Shown here piece after piece: positions 1 to 11,266 of a stretch of 64,000 nt of DNA. The stretch is from the NCBI RefSeq assembly GCF_018977255.1, contig NW_024704743.1:112594001-112658000 (forward strand). Direction: 5' to 3'. This DNA is from Callorhinchus milii (lineage: Eukaryota). The notes under the pieces were generated by a model that saw only the letters and a list, made by a program, of their open reading frames with translations, was not told the origin of the DNA and did no database searches. Each line of letters begins with the position of its first letter. Within the stretch, counting starts at the first letter, position 1. Both the position numbers and the translations under genes were made by a program.

Positions 1-103
1 AAATCTAAGTGGTTCGATAGGAAATTGAATGGGACTTGGGCTTATGCACAACATAGCCCGTTATACGATTTATAAAGATACGACTTATGCAAGTTTTACT
101 GTA
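1..103. mobile_element. Possible right end of a Tc1/mariner-pogo-type non-autonomous DNA transposon
   Basis: Ends in ...CGACTTATGCAAGTTTTACTG followed by TA, i.e. a TA|CAGT terminus on the minus strand. The partner end is not in the window. Confidence 0.4.
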
Positions 104-1371
104 TCAATTTGTTTGGAAATACAGACCCTGAATGCACATATTACCCCAAATAATTTTTAGAATTTCATGAGCATACCTCACAACGCTTGCACCTTAGAAA
201 CTCAACATGCTACTTCAAAATCACTAGCATTTGATCCAACAAAGGAATAACTGTGAAAAAAGGCAAAAGAAATATTCAAAAAAGTACTGAAAAACTAACA
301 AATGGAAGGTTAATAAATGAATTACGCTCAATAACATGAACGTGAAAACAACATTAACTTAAAACCCCAAATGAAAAATGAAGGTAACAGATTAAACATC
401 AAACAAAATTCTTATGTGCCTACAGCATATTCAAGTATACTTTCTATGTGAACTTTATTTGAGAATCACAAAGAACAAATAGTGGTAATAATACTAATTT
501 ATGTGTGTTAAATTAACAATAACTCTTGGATTTGATATAGTGCCTGCCTTTCACATCAAGAGGACATTTCAAAGCACTTTACAGGATTCACTGTAACGTG
601 TGGGGACTGTGTATTTTGTAGGCGAACGGGGCATACAAGTTGTGCACAGCAATATCCCAAAAAAAGCCAAAGTTTGATGATGAGCAAAATGTCAAAGTGG
701 ACCGCATTTATAATGAACTGAATGTATCCTGCACCTGCACATTAGGATGAAATGTGAAGAGTTCACCTAAAAAAACAGGCAGAAAATTATATATGCAGAC
801 TAGTTCCACAGCTGAAAAGGATGGCTTCTTTTCGACTATACAAACAGGGGTGACTAATTGTTTTGTTTTGTGTTTTTTGTTATGCTTTCAGTCTCTCACT
901 TGGAAGTATGAAATCACAATGTATGTTAATTACTTACCAGGCAAGGAGCTTTTTTGAGGTTACAAGAAAGAAAACAAGCTTGAAATTTGAAATAAAAAAC
1001 AAAGAGAACACAGAAAAATCCATGAAAAGTAAATTAAGACATCTTTGTTTTAAAAAGCATGAGATGTTCGAAAATATTTTGAAAAATAGCTATGAAAGTT
1101 GATACAATGTGTTCTCTGTCGTTTGCTTTACTATAATGTCTGTCAGTCTATGCTGGAATGTCATCTTTTAAAATACTTGGTGGTGTGTGAGTTCAAGCAT
1201 TTCCAGCCAAATAAAGGTTTATTGTTTGCTTGAGTTACAATTTGTGTGTGAAGTCAGAAAGCTGATTGTTTAGACAATTATCCTGGACAAAACAGGATGC
1301 TCTGCACCTACTGGCAGCCTGTTGGGAGAGACATAGCGCTCCTAAAATAAGACCCCAAAAGCAACCATTAC

Positions 1372-1564
1372 CATCAACAAAGGTTTTTTCCAGATAGTCA
1401 ATGATCTGGGTGGATTCACAGATAATCTTGTCTGTATGACTCAACACAGGCACCTCTCCTGTTGGGTTCAAATGCATAAACCAAGGTTCGTTGTGTTCAC
1501 TTAAAGGAAGATTGACATCATACTCTTCGCATTTTAGACCCTTTTCCGCAATAACCAAACGAAC
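1372..1564 (-). CDS. GDAP1: GDAP1 second coding exon (GST N-terminal domain)
   Basis: Acceptor tttcag|GTT, 193 nt, VRLVIAEKGLKCEEYDVNLPLSEHNEPWFMHLNPTGEVPVLSHTDKIICESTQIIDYLEKTFVD, donor G|GTAATG. Residues LSEHNEPWF, TGEVPVL and IICExTQ fit GDAP1 rather than GDAP1L1. Later exons lie left of the window. Confidence 0.95.
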
Positions 1565-3015
1565 CTGAAACAAAGCAGCATAAAGGCAAAGAGAGCGAAG
1601 AAATTATTAGCAATAGTATCTTATGTTTAACAAGTTTCAGTAATTTAGTTATTACGCACTGGGTAACCCACTCCACAAATTTAACCTGCTCATCAAAATT
1701 TCAGCAGATCTGTGGCTTCTGAATCCATTTTGACTCATTTTCAAAGCTTTCGCACTTTTAAAATAAAGGCAAAGTAATTCTGCAAAACATTTGACCAATC
1801 TCCTGAATACGGCTAAATTATCCAGGTATCAATATTATCCATTTTTCACAAACCAACATCCCAACTCCTGTAAGGTCTTATCCTCTATACAATCCCCAAA
1901 TTATTTCTCACAAGAGTTTGGCTTTGTGCTACAAATCTACATCCAAAGAAAACTAACAATGTGGGGGGTAAACGCCACAGAGTAAACACAGCTATATGTT
2001 TTTGTATTTATTTATCCATTTATTTTTCAGTCATTCCCTTCACAGCGCCAGAACATTTATTGCATTAATGCTGAGGGAACTGAGGGGGGTCTCCACCTCC
2101 AAAGCCATTCAAGTGAGATGTTAAACCAAAGTCCAGTTCCCCCTGTTCTGGTGGTTCAGATGGATGTTAAAGGCACCCTTTTTTGGCATTATTTCAAAGA
2201 GCAATGGGAGTAACTCTTGATTATCCAAGCCAGTATTCCTCCACGGTCCAAATTTATTAAATTATTAATTGGTTACTATCCTTTTCTATCTATTATTTTC
2301 TATTATTCTATTCCGTCAACCTACCTGGCACAGATTATTTTATATGATTGCCACGGTTCAAAGAAATTCACCGGGCGGAGCTCTTTGAGACATCTGTCAT
2401 GTTAAGACACCTCCTGTGCAGATAATTTCTGTGATTCTATGACAAGGGCTAACAGGCATGACAAATTAATCTTTCCAACAGGAACTTTTGTACCGCTCAT
2501 TATTAATAACTGAACTTTATTTCAAGCCCATGACAAATTAGATGTCCCAAATCAGCATCTTTGTCTCTACAGAAGTACAAGAAATCCACAGTGGTATCCG
2601 AAAAGAGAATAACAGTTTAAGGTTTTGGGTGTGACCTTTCACTCAGTCAGTCAGTCAGTCCTCTATAAAGTATTTTACTCTCTGATGATTTCCAAGCATT
2701 TTCTGTTTTCAGAATTGCATCATTCCCTGTTTTTCTTATTATTTCTGTTTGTCTATGTTTTATTCAGGAAAGAAGGCCATTTCCTCCAGTAACACGAGGC
2801 TGTACAGTAATCGAATCCAGTGTTTGAAAACACTGAATAAATAGGAACCACGTCTTGTTATCTGTTAGGTCCTCAAAACAGTGTACATCACTGTAAATGT
2901 GAAATACTGCATTAACCAGAACAACATCGATCACATCTCATCTCACTGTCAGTTACCCTTCTGCTTTGTTCTGTGCTGTCCAACACAGAGGACCTCTCCC
3001 TTGTTGGCAACTCAC

Positions 3016-3180
3016 CTTCTGTGAGCAGAACGATTGTGACCAGTGATAAAGAACCATCTTATTGTGAGTCTGGGGTATCTTTGCAGCCTGCAGGGATTTG
3101 TCATCTTGCTCAGGACTGAGCAATTCCGTGGTGTCTGTGGATTTTCCATCGCTGTCAGGGTTCCCATTAGCAGTCGCCAT
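3016..3180 (-). CDS. GDAP1: GDAP1 first coding exon (ganglioside-induced differentiation-associated protein 1, GST-like)
   Basis: ATG at 3180-3178 gives MATANGNPD...KMVLYHWSQSFCSQK (55 codons), matching the GDAP1 LYHWxxSFxSQK motif. It ends at donor AAG|GTGAGT (GT at 3015-3014), phase 0. Confidence 0.92.
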
Positions 3181-3454
3181 CCTAACGCAATCTGCTCCTT
3201 CTCTGCCACTGTGGGGTGGGGTGAGCCTGAGCCCAAGTGACTTCTGGATATTGTAGTTCAGCGTCAATTACAAAGCACTTTCTGTATTTTCATCTCAGAT
3301 CTGAAAGAGACTGCAATCCCCACAGTGCAAAAAAGCAATGCCGGTGTCTGAGCTCCTGTGATCAGCTGTTGGTAACAGTAGACTTGCAATAGGTGGGAAC
3401 TGCTTTGATTGTAACCAGGTTAAGTTTCACTGATGTTGAGTGAGACTCACTCAC

Positions 3455-3776
3455 TATAATAATAATAATCCTTGCATTTGATATAGCGCTTTTCACGTCG
3501 GGAGGACGTCCCAAAGCGCTTCACAGAACACACTGTAAAGTGAACTGACTGTATATTTGTGGGCGAACGCGGCAGCCAATTGCGCACAGCAATGTCCCAC
3601 AAACAGTCGTGGATTGAAAATGACCAATTTATTATTGTTTTTGGTTTTGGAGGGATTATTATTAGGCTCTGTGTGGAGTAAGGAAACTTGCCCAAGGTTT
3701 CGCCCTCTGCCTGGAATTGAACTCAGGTCTCTCGCTTGCAAAGCGAGTGCTCTAACCACTGAGCTACAGGACTCCA
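3455..3776 (-). mobile_element. tRNA(Ala)-derived SINE, full length
   Basis: The reverse complement has head GGAGTCCTGTAGCTCAGTGGTTAGAGC (A box), a B box, the shared body TGTGGGACA.TGCTGTGCGCAATTGGCTGCC and a tail GTGAAAAGCGCTATATCAAATGCAAGG(ATT)n. Confidence 0.9.
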
Positions 3777-6761
3777 CTAATTGTGGATGTCCTTGCAATC
3801 TCAAGGAAAATGATGCAAGACCCACTTATCTTCCCCTAAATTCCTAAATAATGCACCAATTTCTGCACTTCTTTTCTCGCCCTAAAGCTATTCTTTTGCT
3901 TAATGTTTCGGTTGGTTGGGGAGAGAAAGAGAGAGAGAGAGACTGAGAACAGTGAGAGTAACTGGAACAGTGATTTCCAGCTGAAAAGCATATGTAAAAT
4001 TGCAATTGTACCTTTGCCAGGATTTGAAGACAGCATTTGGTTTGGTGGGGGGGGGGGGGGGGTTGGTTCGGTGTTTAAAATCACGTTTTCCAAATGGGAT
4101 GGATGACTGTTCCATTTAAAGAGAACAATGTCATTTTTTTTAAAAAAAGGTTTCTCTAAATGGCTGAATGGACTAAACCATTCAATTGATATGCTGACAA
4201 CTGGCCTCAGTGGTGTGATGTAATTCTCCTTTGCTCCCCAGTGTTTGGCAAAGGGGAAGAGGATGTTTTTTTTAAAAAGGAATCAGTCAGGATTCCTGCT
4301 CCAGATAACTTTCATTAATCTCTGCTGCAAACTATTGCATGTGTGGTTGTCAGGTGAGACAACTGTAATATCCCAACAGCTCAACTGTAGCAATGCCAAT
4401 GGTTAAATGGATTGTAAACACTCACTCTCATGGATTGAGTGACCAAATTATTATTACTGGTCAAGTTATTATCATTAATATTTTATGCTCAAAGGTGAAG
4501 AATGAATGTGGTAGTGCAGTGCAACTAGAACTAATGGAACTGTTTGTTCATCTTTTCACACTGGCTGCTAACAATTTTTCGGTGATGTGATTTAAAGAAA
4601 AACATTTTTTGGTGCTTTTCTGCAGTTTCTAAAATATGTTGTCATTCAAACAAAACTACTATTACCTACATTTAAACATTCCGAAATGTATTCACAATCG
4701 GACTTTCTGTATCAGTGACGGTTGGCAATCTTTTCAAAGTTATTATTTTTATGACAATACAAATAACAGAAATAACATTGCCATGAAATAATTGTAAAAA
4801 CTGAAAAAATACTCAGTTTCTAGCATTACCTGTATCAAAAAGAAATACAAATGCATTTTGCTACTTTATTATGGCACTCTGCCCCACTCTCTGGACCTCC
4901 ATCCCACTCACTCCCTCACCTCTTTCAGCTTTCATCTTAAGACCTACATCATTGCCTGCGCTTTCAGTCATTTCCAGGGGTAATAATCCCTTAAAAAATC
5001 CAAGACTGTTTGTAGGACACTGCTGTGTGCAATCGGCTGCCATATTTCATCCACAAATTATACAGTCAATTCACTTTACAGTATATTCTGTGAAGCGCTT
5101 TAGGACGACTCAAAGATGTGATAAGGTGTTATATCAAATGCAAGGATTATTATCATTATTATCTTTCCTCTCCTCACATCCTTTGGCTCTCACCCTCAGC
5201 TCAGGGGCCAAACCAGGATTGTTAAGCGCCTTGAGATGTCCTCCTGACATGAAAGGGGCTGTATAAATCAATTTATATTTGTAAATTTGTATTGTATTTG
5301 AATGATTTTGTCATATCATTGGTCGTTTGAGTAATAACAATAATTGTGCATAAAAGGTAAGAATTTGGAACCTTAACCTTGTTGATTAATCAAATGCCCT
5401 TTGTTAATGTTAATATGCTGTAGGGAAACAGTAAGTGTTTAACAATTCTGAAAAGTATCAGGGGAATTTCAGGGCAGAAGGTTCAATGGTCTTAGCATGC
5501 CATTAGAACTATCTATTCGAATCCCAATTCCCTTGTTCTTTCCCCATCTGCGTTGGTACTAGATCCAGTTAGTGACTATCAGAATGTCAAGAGATGGAAG
5601 AGAGAGTAACAAATACAAGTGTTATACTACTAGGCTAAATGGATTGAATTTGCCTTTTCACATTTCATGGTTTCCAAATGGGCCAAAAAGTTCAATTGAG
5701 GTTCAGCTCAACACTGAGAAGGAAAGATAAGGAGCAGACAGAGCTTAGGAACTGAGAGGGGAGACAAAGACTAAAGTTGTAAATAAGATACAGAGAGTGA
5801 TAATTAAATTGCAAGAAAGGAAAAAAGTTTAGATGCCAGGGATAGCGAAGCAACAATATTATTCAAATCTGATTGAATAATTCACTTATGTAAACTATAG
5901 GTCAGCCAGAATAGTGTTATGGTGCATAAAAGCCTCATTGTTTGTAAACAAACTATGTGCCCTGATTTAAAAATGAGTTAGCCGTAAAATAACTCCAACT
6001 ATAGCAATATTAATAGGCTAAATATTCAAGTAACTTATTTTTTTATTCATGACAGCGATACCATAAAACCTACAATTTATATTCCTACTTTATAATCTTT
6101 TTAAAAATAGATCATTTATTTACAAACAGTATGGAATTATCTTTTCAGATTTGTTATTCATCCAGAAAAGCAAAAAATTGTCAACATGTACTTAACTTAT
6201 GACTAATAACAAGCTCATTTAACTCTGCTAGTGTACAATATATTCTGAGTGTTAGAATAAATTCAATACTTAACGGTATAGATGGAAAAGGAACACTTTT
6301 CAATGCAAGACTGAATTCATCGAGTCGTTTATTTGCCAATTGGGTGGCTACCTTTTGCCAAATTCAAAACCAAATAAAAATTAAAAGTCGCAATGAAAAT
6401 TACAGTAAACTTACTTCGTAACACTTGCACATCATACTACATCAATATAACTGAACTATATATGTATATATATGTATATATATATATAGAGAGAGAGAGA
6501 ACTACTGCTGCAGTTCCACTTGGATCATTCTGGTCACTTTGACCAGAAATGGTCCAAACGGAACTGTTGGGACCTTTTGGCATTGGACAGAGTAGAATGG
6601 AGGATAATTAAATGGATAGCTGGAGTTACTTTTATACGTTATTAGTATAGGCTACGCAAGGTCTTAATAGTCACACCAAAGAAAGGCTAATAGAGATCTT
6701 ATTTGAAAATCCTAAAGCGTACGGTTAAACTGAACTCTAATAATGTTTAATAATAAATAGC

Positions 6762-6845
6762 AACAGAAGTCGCTGGGAACACTCAGCAGGTCACGCAGCA
6801 TCTATTACAATAGGAAAGTGAGTTAATGTTTCAGGTCGATGACCT
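6762..6845. mobile_element. Penelope-like terminal-repeat fragment (tentative)
   Basis: ACTCAGCAGGTCACGCAGCATCT...GAGTTAATGTTTCAGGTCGATGACCT resembles a common chondrichthyan repeat as I recall it. Weaker relatives at about 2570-2715 and 55490-55585. Confidence 0.5.
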
Positions 6846-7465
6846 AATGTTTAATAATGTTTCTAATAATGTTTAATATGGTCATAAACTCTATAACAAG
6901 GTGACATGGACTAATAAAGCTCATACAGGTAGGCTAAACTGAATTTAGATTTAACCACTTTAACCAAATGGACTGTCCTGAGAGGCAGATAGTGTCTCCA
7001 AGTACAAGAGGGAATTGAATAGCTATTTTATGAAGTTGCATGAAGGGCATGTTATGTTAATACAGTATATCAATGTTTCTACTTGGAGCTGTCCAGGACA
7101 CAATGATCTACATTTCCTGTTGAATATTGTATTTGGCCTGAAGATGGCTCCATTTCATGCCTGTGCTTCAGTGACCAGGCTTTCTGAATACCTGTACTGA
7201 GGCTTAGTTGTGTTAGGAGCCAAAATCTGGGCTATAAATAATCTAACAAATGGATTATTTAAACTGCACCAATCAGTCCACTAAATTACTCGTTATCTGT
7301 TCAGTGAGAAAGAGTGTAACTAAGACCTGCATCAAGAACTTCAATATCTTGTTTGAATGGTTGATGAAGAGCCGTTTCGGACCAGTTTTCTTGTGTGTCT
7401 CTCTCTCTCTGGGGGGTGACCAGCCGGTGTCTGCTCTGGGGGGAGGGATGATCAGGCTGTAGCTA

Positions 7466-7588
7466 AATAACACTAACTGTGTTTTAATAACATTGCATGT
7501 TTGTGATTTAATAACACTGAATATGTGTGCTTTAATTACACTGCATGTTGTTTTAATACCACTGAATGTTTGTAGTTTAATAACATGA
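7466..7588. repeat. Degenerate minisatellite, about 22-24 bp unit (TTTAATAACACTGAATGTTTGTG-like)
   Basis: About five successive copies are visible. Confidence 0.75.
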
Positions 7589-7615
7589 CCAGTGCATTTT
7601 CCTGTGCCAGTAAAT

Positions 7616-9125
7616 ACAATACAAAATTGCATTTGTAAAGCGCCTTTCATGTCGGGAAGATGTCCCAACGCACTGAACAGTCAGGGGTTAGGGCCCAAGC
7701 GGGAGAGAGTTGGGATCAGGGAGGGTGGAGGGCAGAGAGGGTAGGAGGGTGGCCAAAGGCACGGTCGAAGATGTGGGCTTTGAGGCGTGCCTTGAAGGAG
7801 GCATGGCAGGGAGCGAGGCAAAAGGAATGTGGGATGAAGTTCCAAAGGGTGGGGGCAGAGAGGCTGAAGGCCCTACCAACAATAGTGGTGGTGGGCCGGG
7901 GAGGGTCATGGAGTTGGCCAGAGCCTGCTGAGTGGAGGGAGCAGACAGGTTGATAAGGGGTTAACAGGTCAGAGAGGTAGGAGGGGCAAGGCCATGGAAG
8001 GCCTTGAAAGTGAGGACAAGAATTTTGGAGAGGGATGGGGAGCCAGTGGAGCAAGGTGATGGTGCTGGGGTCATGTTGGATCAATTATTGGAATTGAAAG
8101 GATTAGTTGAGGTAGAAATCAGCCATGATGTAATTAACAACAACAACAAGATTACACTTGTATAGCGCTTTTCACTTCGGGAGGACATCCCAAGGCGCTG
8201 GCAGAACAGGCTCGAAGGGCTGGATGGCCTACTCCTGTTCCTATGTTCCTATGTCATAAAGCCTGGTGTAGGAGAGGACACGAGCTGCAGAGTTCTGGAG
8301 GATCTGCAGCTTGTGCGGGGAAGAGTTGGGAAGGCCGACAAGCAGGGCGTTGGCATAATCGAGCCTGGATGTAATGAAGGCATGTATGAGGGTTTTGGCA
8401 GCCTGAGGGATGAGGCAGTGGTGGAGTCGGGCAATGTTGTGGAGGTGGGAAGGGCAGAGCGGCTCATGGCACGAATGTGGGGGAGAAAGGAAAGTTAAAG
8501 ATCGAACAAGACACCGAGGTTTAGGTTTCTGACTGGCTTGGTGAGGGAGTGTGCATCCATGGATGCTGATGTTGCCAGTGCCTGAGGTGCGGAGGAGGTG
8601 GCGCTAGCCACTCATGGTCTTGCCGACGTTCAACTGTAGAAAGTTGGCTCTCATCCAGGACTTGATGTCTGACAGGCAGTCTATCAGGACATCAGTGGTT
8701 CTGGAGTCGAGAGTGGAGGCAGAGAGATAGAGTTGGATGTCATCTGTGTACATGTGGAAGTTGATCCCATGTCTGCGGATGATGTCACCAAGACATGTCA
8801 CCTGCATGAACAGGTTGAAGAGAGGACCAAGGACAGAGCCATTTGTGGAGGCAAAGTGGAGCCGGTGTGAGAGATAGAATCTGAACTATTCAAGGACAGA
8901 ACACTTGAACAACAACAACAACAAAATTACATTTATAGTGCGCTTTTCATGTCGGGATCACGTCCCAAAGCGCTGGTTAAAGGTTGAGGTGAGAGGAGAG
9001 GCTGTGGAGGATAGAGTGGTTACAGTATTGAAGGCAGCAGAGAGGTCAAGGAGGACGAGGAGACAGAGGGAGTCCTGGTCACAGATGGACAGAATGTCAT
9101 TTATCACTTTGACCAGGGCTGGGTC
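7616..9125 (-). mobile_element. Fragmented L2-clade LINE(s) with short nested 3' tails
   Basis: 3' end at 7616-8075 (LHWLPI...AFSLSAPTLWN) and RT pieces at about 8255-9125 (FHMYTDDIQLY). Extra L2 tails of about 70 bp sit at about 8135 and 8910, and a CR1-type (TTCCTATG) tail at about 8205-8253. Confidence 0.88.
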
Positions 9126-9184
9126 CATCTTGTGGGAGCCTTTTATTTACAGTTTGGAGCTGTCAGCATATGTCGGCCAGTTTA

Positions 9185-9425
9185 AAAACCCGGTGGATTG
9201 AGATTGGCGGATCACTTTCCCAGGGTAATAATCCCTTCAAAAAATAATTTGGTCACTCAATCCATGACTGTTTGTGGGACACTGCTGTGAGCAATTGGCT
9301 GCCATATTTTGCCCACAAAAATATACAGTCAATTTACTTCATACCATATTCTGTCAAGGGTTTTGAGACATCTCGATGACGTGGTAAGTCGCTACATCAA
9401 ATGTAAGGATTATTATCATTATTAT
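9185..9425 (+). mobile_element. tRNA SINE 3' fragment
   Basis: Body and tail only. Similar fragments lie at about 4975-5160(+), 35795-35965(+), 39628-39820(+), 49029-49135(-), 53760-54357(+, split by L2), 56845-57500(-, split), 60590-60730(-), 61088-61265(-) and 63225-63345(-). Confidence 0.8.
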
Positions 9426-10951
9426 AGTTAAGTCTCCTCAATGTGTTATGAGTGTATTCTGTCAAGGAAGTTGGGACTCTTCTGAAGCTTGAAAGTCCAT
9501 CCATTCTTAGTCTGAAAGACTATTTTCTCTTAACATTTAGGATTGTACAGTACAGAGCTGTGGAATGTTCTTAAATCTAGTTTTAATTTGGAAGCCAGTA
9601 TTCCTGAAAAGAATCAACTTCTGATATAAACTGAAATTAAGTATTTTGCACAGTTCTGCGCAATCTTAAATTTTAAGACAAAATGATTTTACTACCCTAA
9701 GATTAGGGTTGATATTTCTGCACTCTCTCCCCCTGCACCCTCCGTGTTTTAGCATTGCAAATGCGCTTTCAGCTGCTTCGCTAATTGAAGATTAATTTCT
9801 TGATAACAGGGGATTTCCATTGTCAAATTACACCAAATCATCTTCTCTTCCACCTGTGCTTGAATATCCACTTCTAGATTCAAATCCAGCCCACACGATA
9901 TGTCGGATGTAAAATGAGTGAGCAACCTTATTCTTGTTCATTTTGGAGCTAACTTTAATTCAGAACTGAAATCACTTGCGATTGGCAATCTCATGCAGCA
10001 AGATGACAGGGGCAATCCTAGATTACGCAGAATGGATGGAACTTTGATTAAAACATAAATGTATGTGAAAATGTTCAGCTTGTACAATGCAATATCTGTG
10101 ATCTGACCATATATGAATGTGCTTTATGCTGGCACTGAGTTCCCAAAACCTTTTTCAATACCATAGGTAATACTTTGATGAGCAAGAACTTTCCCTCAAT
10201 GCTTAAAAAGTTCATAAAAACATCTGACTCGTAAATATGGGTGTCCAGACTTTTACACCCAGGGAAGAAGCAGGGAAGTAGGGTTTACTGTCATTCAATT
10301 GATGGAGATCTCATAACGTGGGGTTTTGACTCACTCATGAAACCAATGAGCATCATTGCCATAATTTCTTCCAGAGAGGAATGCCCAATTTTTCCTATTG
10401 ATCAAACCTTACGATTCGCCCCCTTCCCTGAGCGTGAAGTGATAAGATTAACATTCAGGATGCTGCTTAAAACCTTCCTTAAAAAAACACAAGAAAATCG
10501 ACTTTCTACAAGGAGCTCATTTTTTAAACCCAGGCTCAAAATTGACCGCTTTGCATTTAATAGATTTTTACTAATAAGATGTACAAAATAATTGTGCATC
10601 TTGTTGTGAAAGTTAGGCTGTCTTTATGACATTAACTTTGTAACAATGAAAATATATGACATCATTAATTTAACACAAACCTCAGTATAAAAATAAGAGT
10701 CGAACAATCGTTTGATAATGGTAATCAAAATGTCTTGGTCAGATCACAGATATTGTTGTACAAGCTGAACATTTTCACATACATTTATTTTTTAAGGATT
10801 ATTTTCTTGGTTGTTGAATACATTGGGCCCACAGGCAGACGATTGTATAGGATTACAACTTGGCCCATTTGGTAGATTATGACCGCTTGTTCAGAATTTT
10901 GTGGGTTCAAGCCCCCATATCAGGACTTGAGTCTATAGTCTAAGTAGCTCA

Positions 10952-11266
10952 GGAGTCCTGTAGCTCAGTGGTTAGAGCAGTCGCCTCGCAAGCGAGAGAC
11001 CTGGGTTCGACTCCTGGCAGAGCGAAACCTTGGGCAAGTTTCCTTATTACACACGCCTGATAATAATCCCTCAAGAAAAAAAACAATAATAAAATTGGTC
11101 ACTTCAATCCACGACTGTTTGTGGGGCACCTCTATGCACAATTGGCTGCTGCATTTCGCCCACAAATATACAGTCAATTCACTTTACAGTATATCCTGTG
11201 AAGCACTTTGTGACATCTAGAAGACGTGAAAAGCTTTACATCAAATGCAAAGATTATTATTATTAT
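10952..11266 (+). mobile_element. tRNA(Ala)-derived SINE, full length, nested in an older Deu-like SINE
   Basis: A box TAGCTCAGTGG, B box GGTTCGACTCC, shared body, (ATT)n tail. Confidence 0.9.

Noticed and set aside
1372..3180. Assignment as the paralogous pair GDAP1L1/JPH2
   Set aside because: Diagnostic residues (LSEHNEPWF and [26 protein letters not shown] and CPVEDHVD) fit GDAP1 and JPH1.
7466..7588. CRISPR-like array
   Set aside because: Tandem degenerate units with no unique spacers, in a eukaryotic context with no cas genes.
10952..11030. tRNA-Ala-like gene (and equivalents at the other SINE heads)
   Set aside because: Each runs straight into the SINE body and tail, and the copies are mutually diverged. 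These are SINE heads, not tRNA genes.
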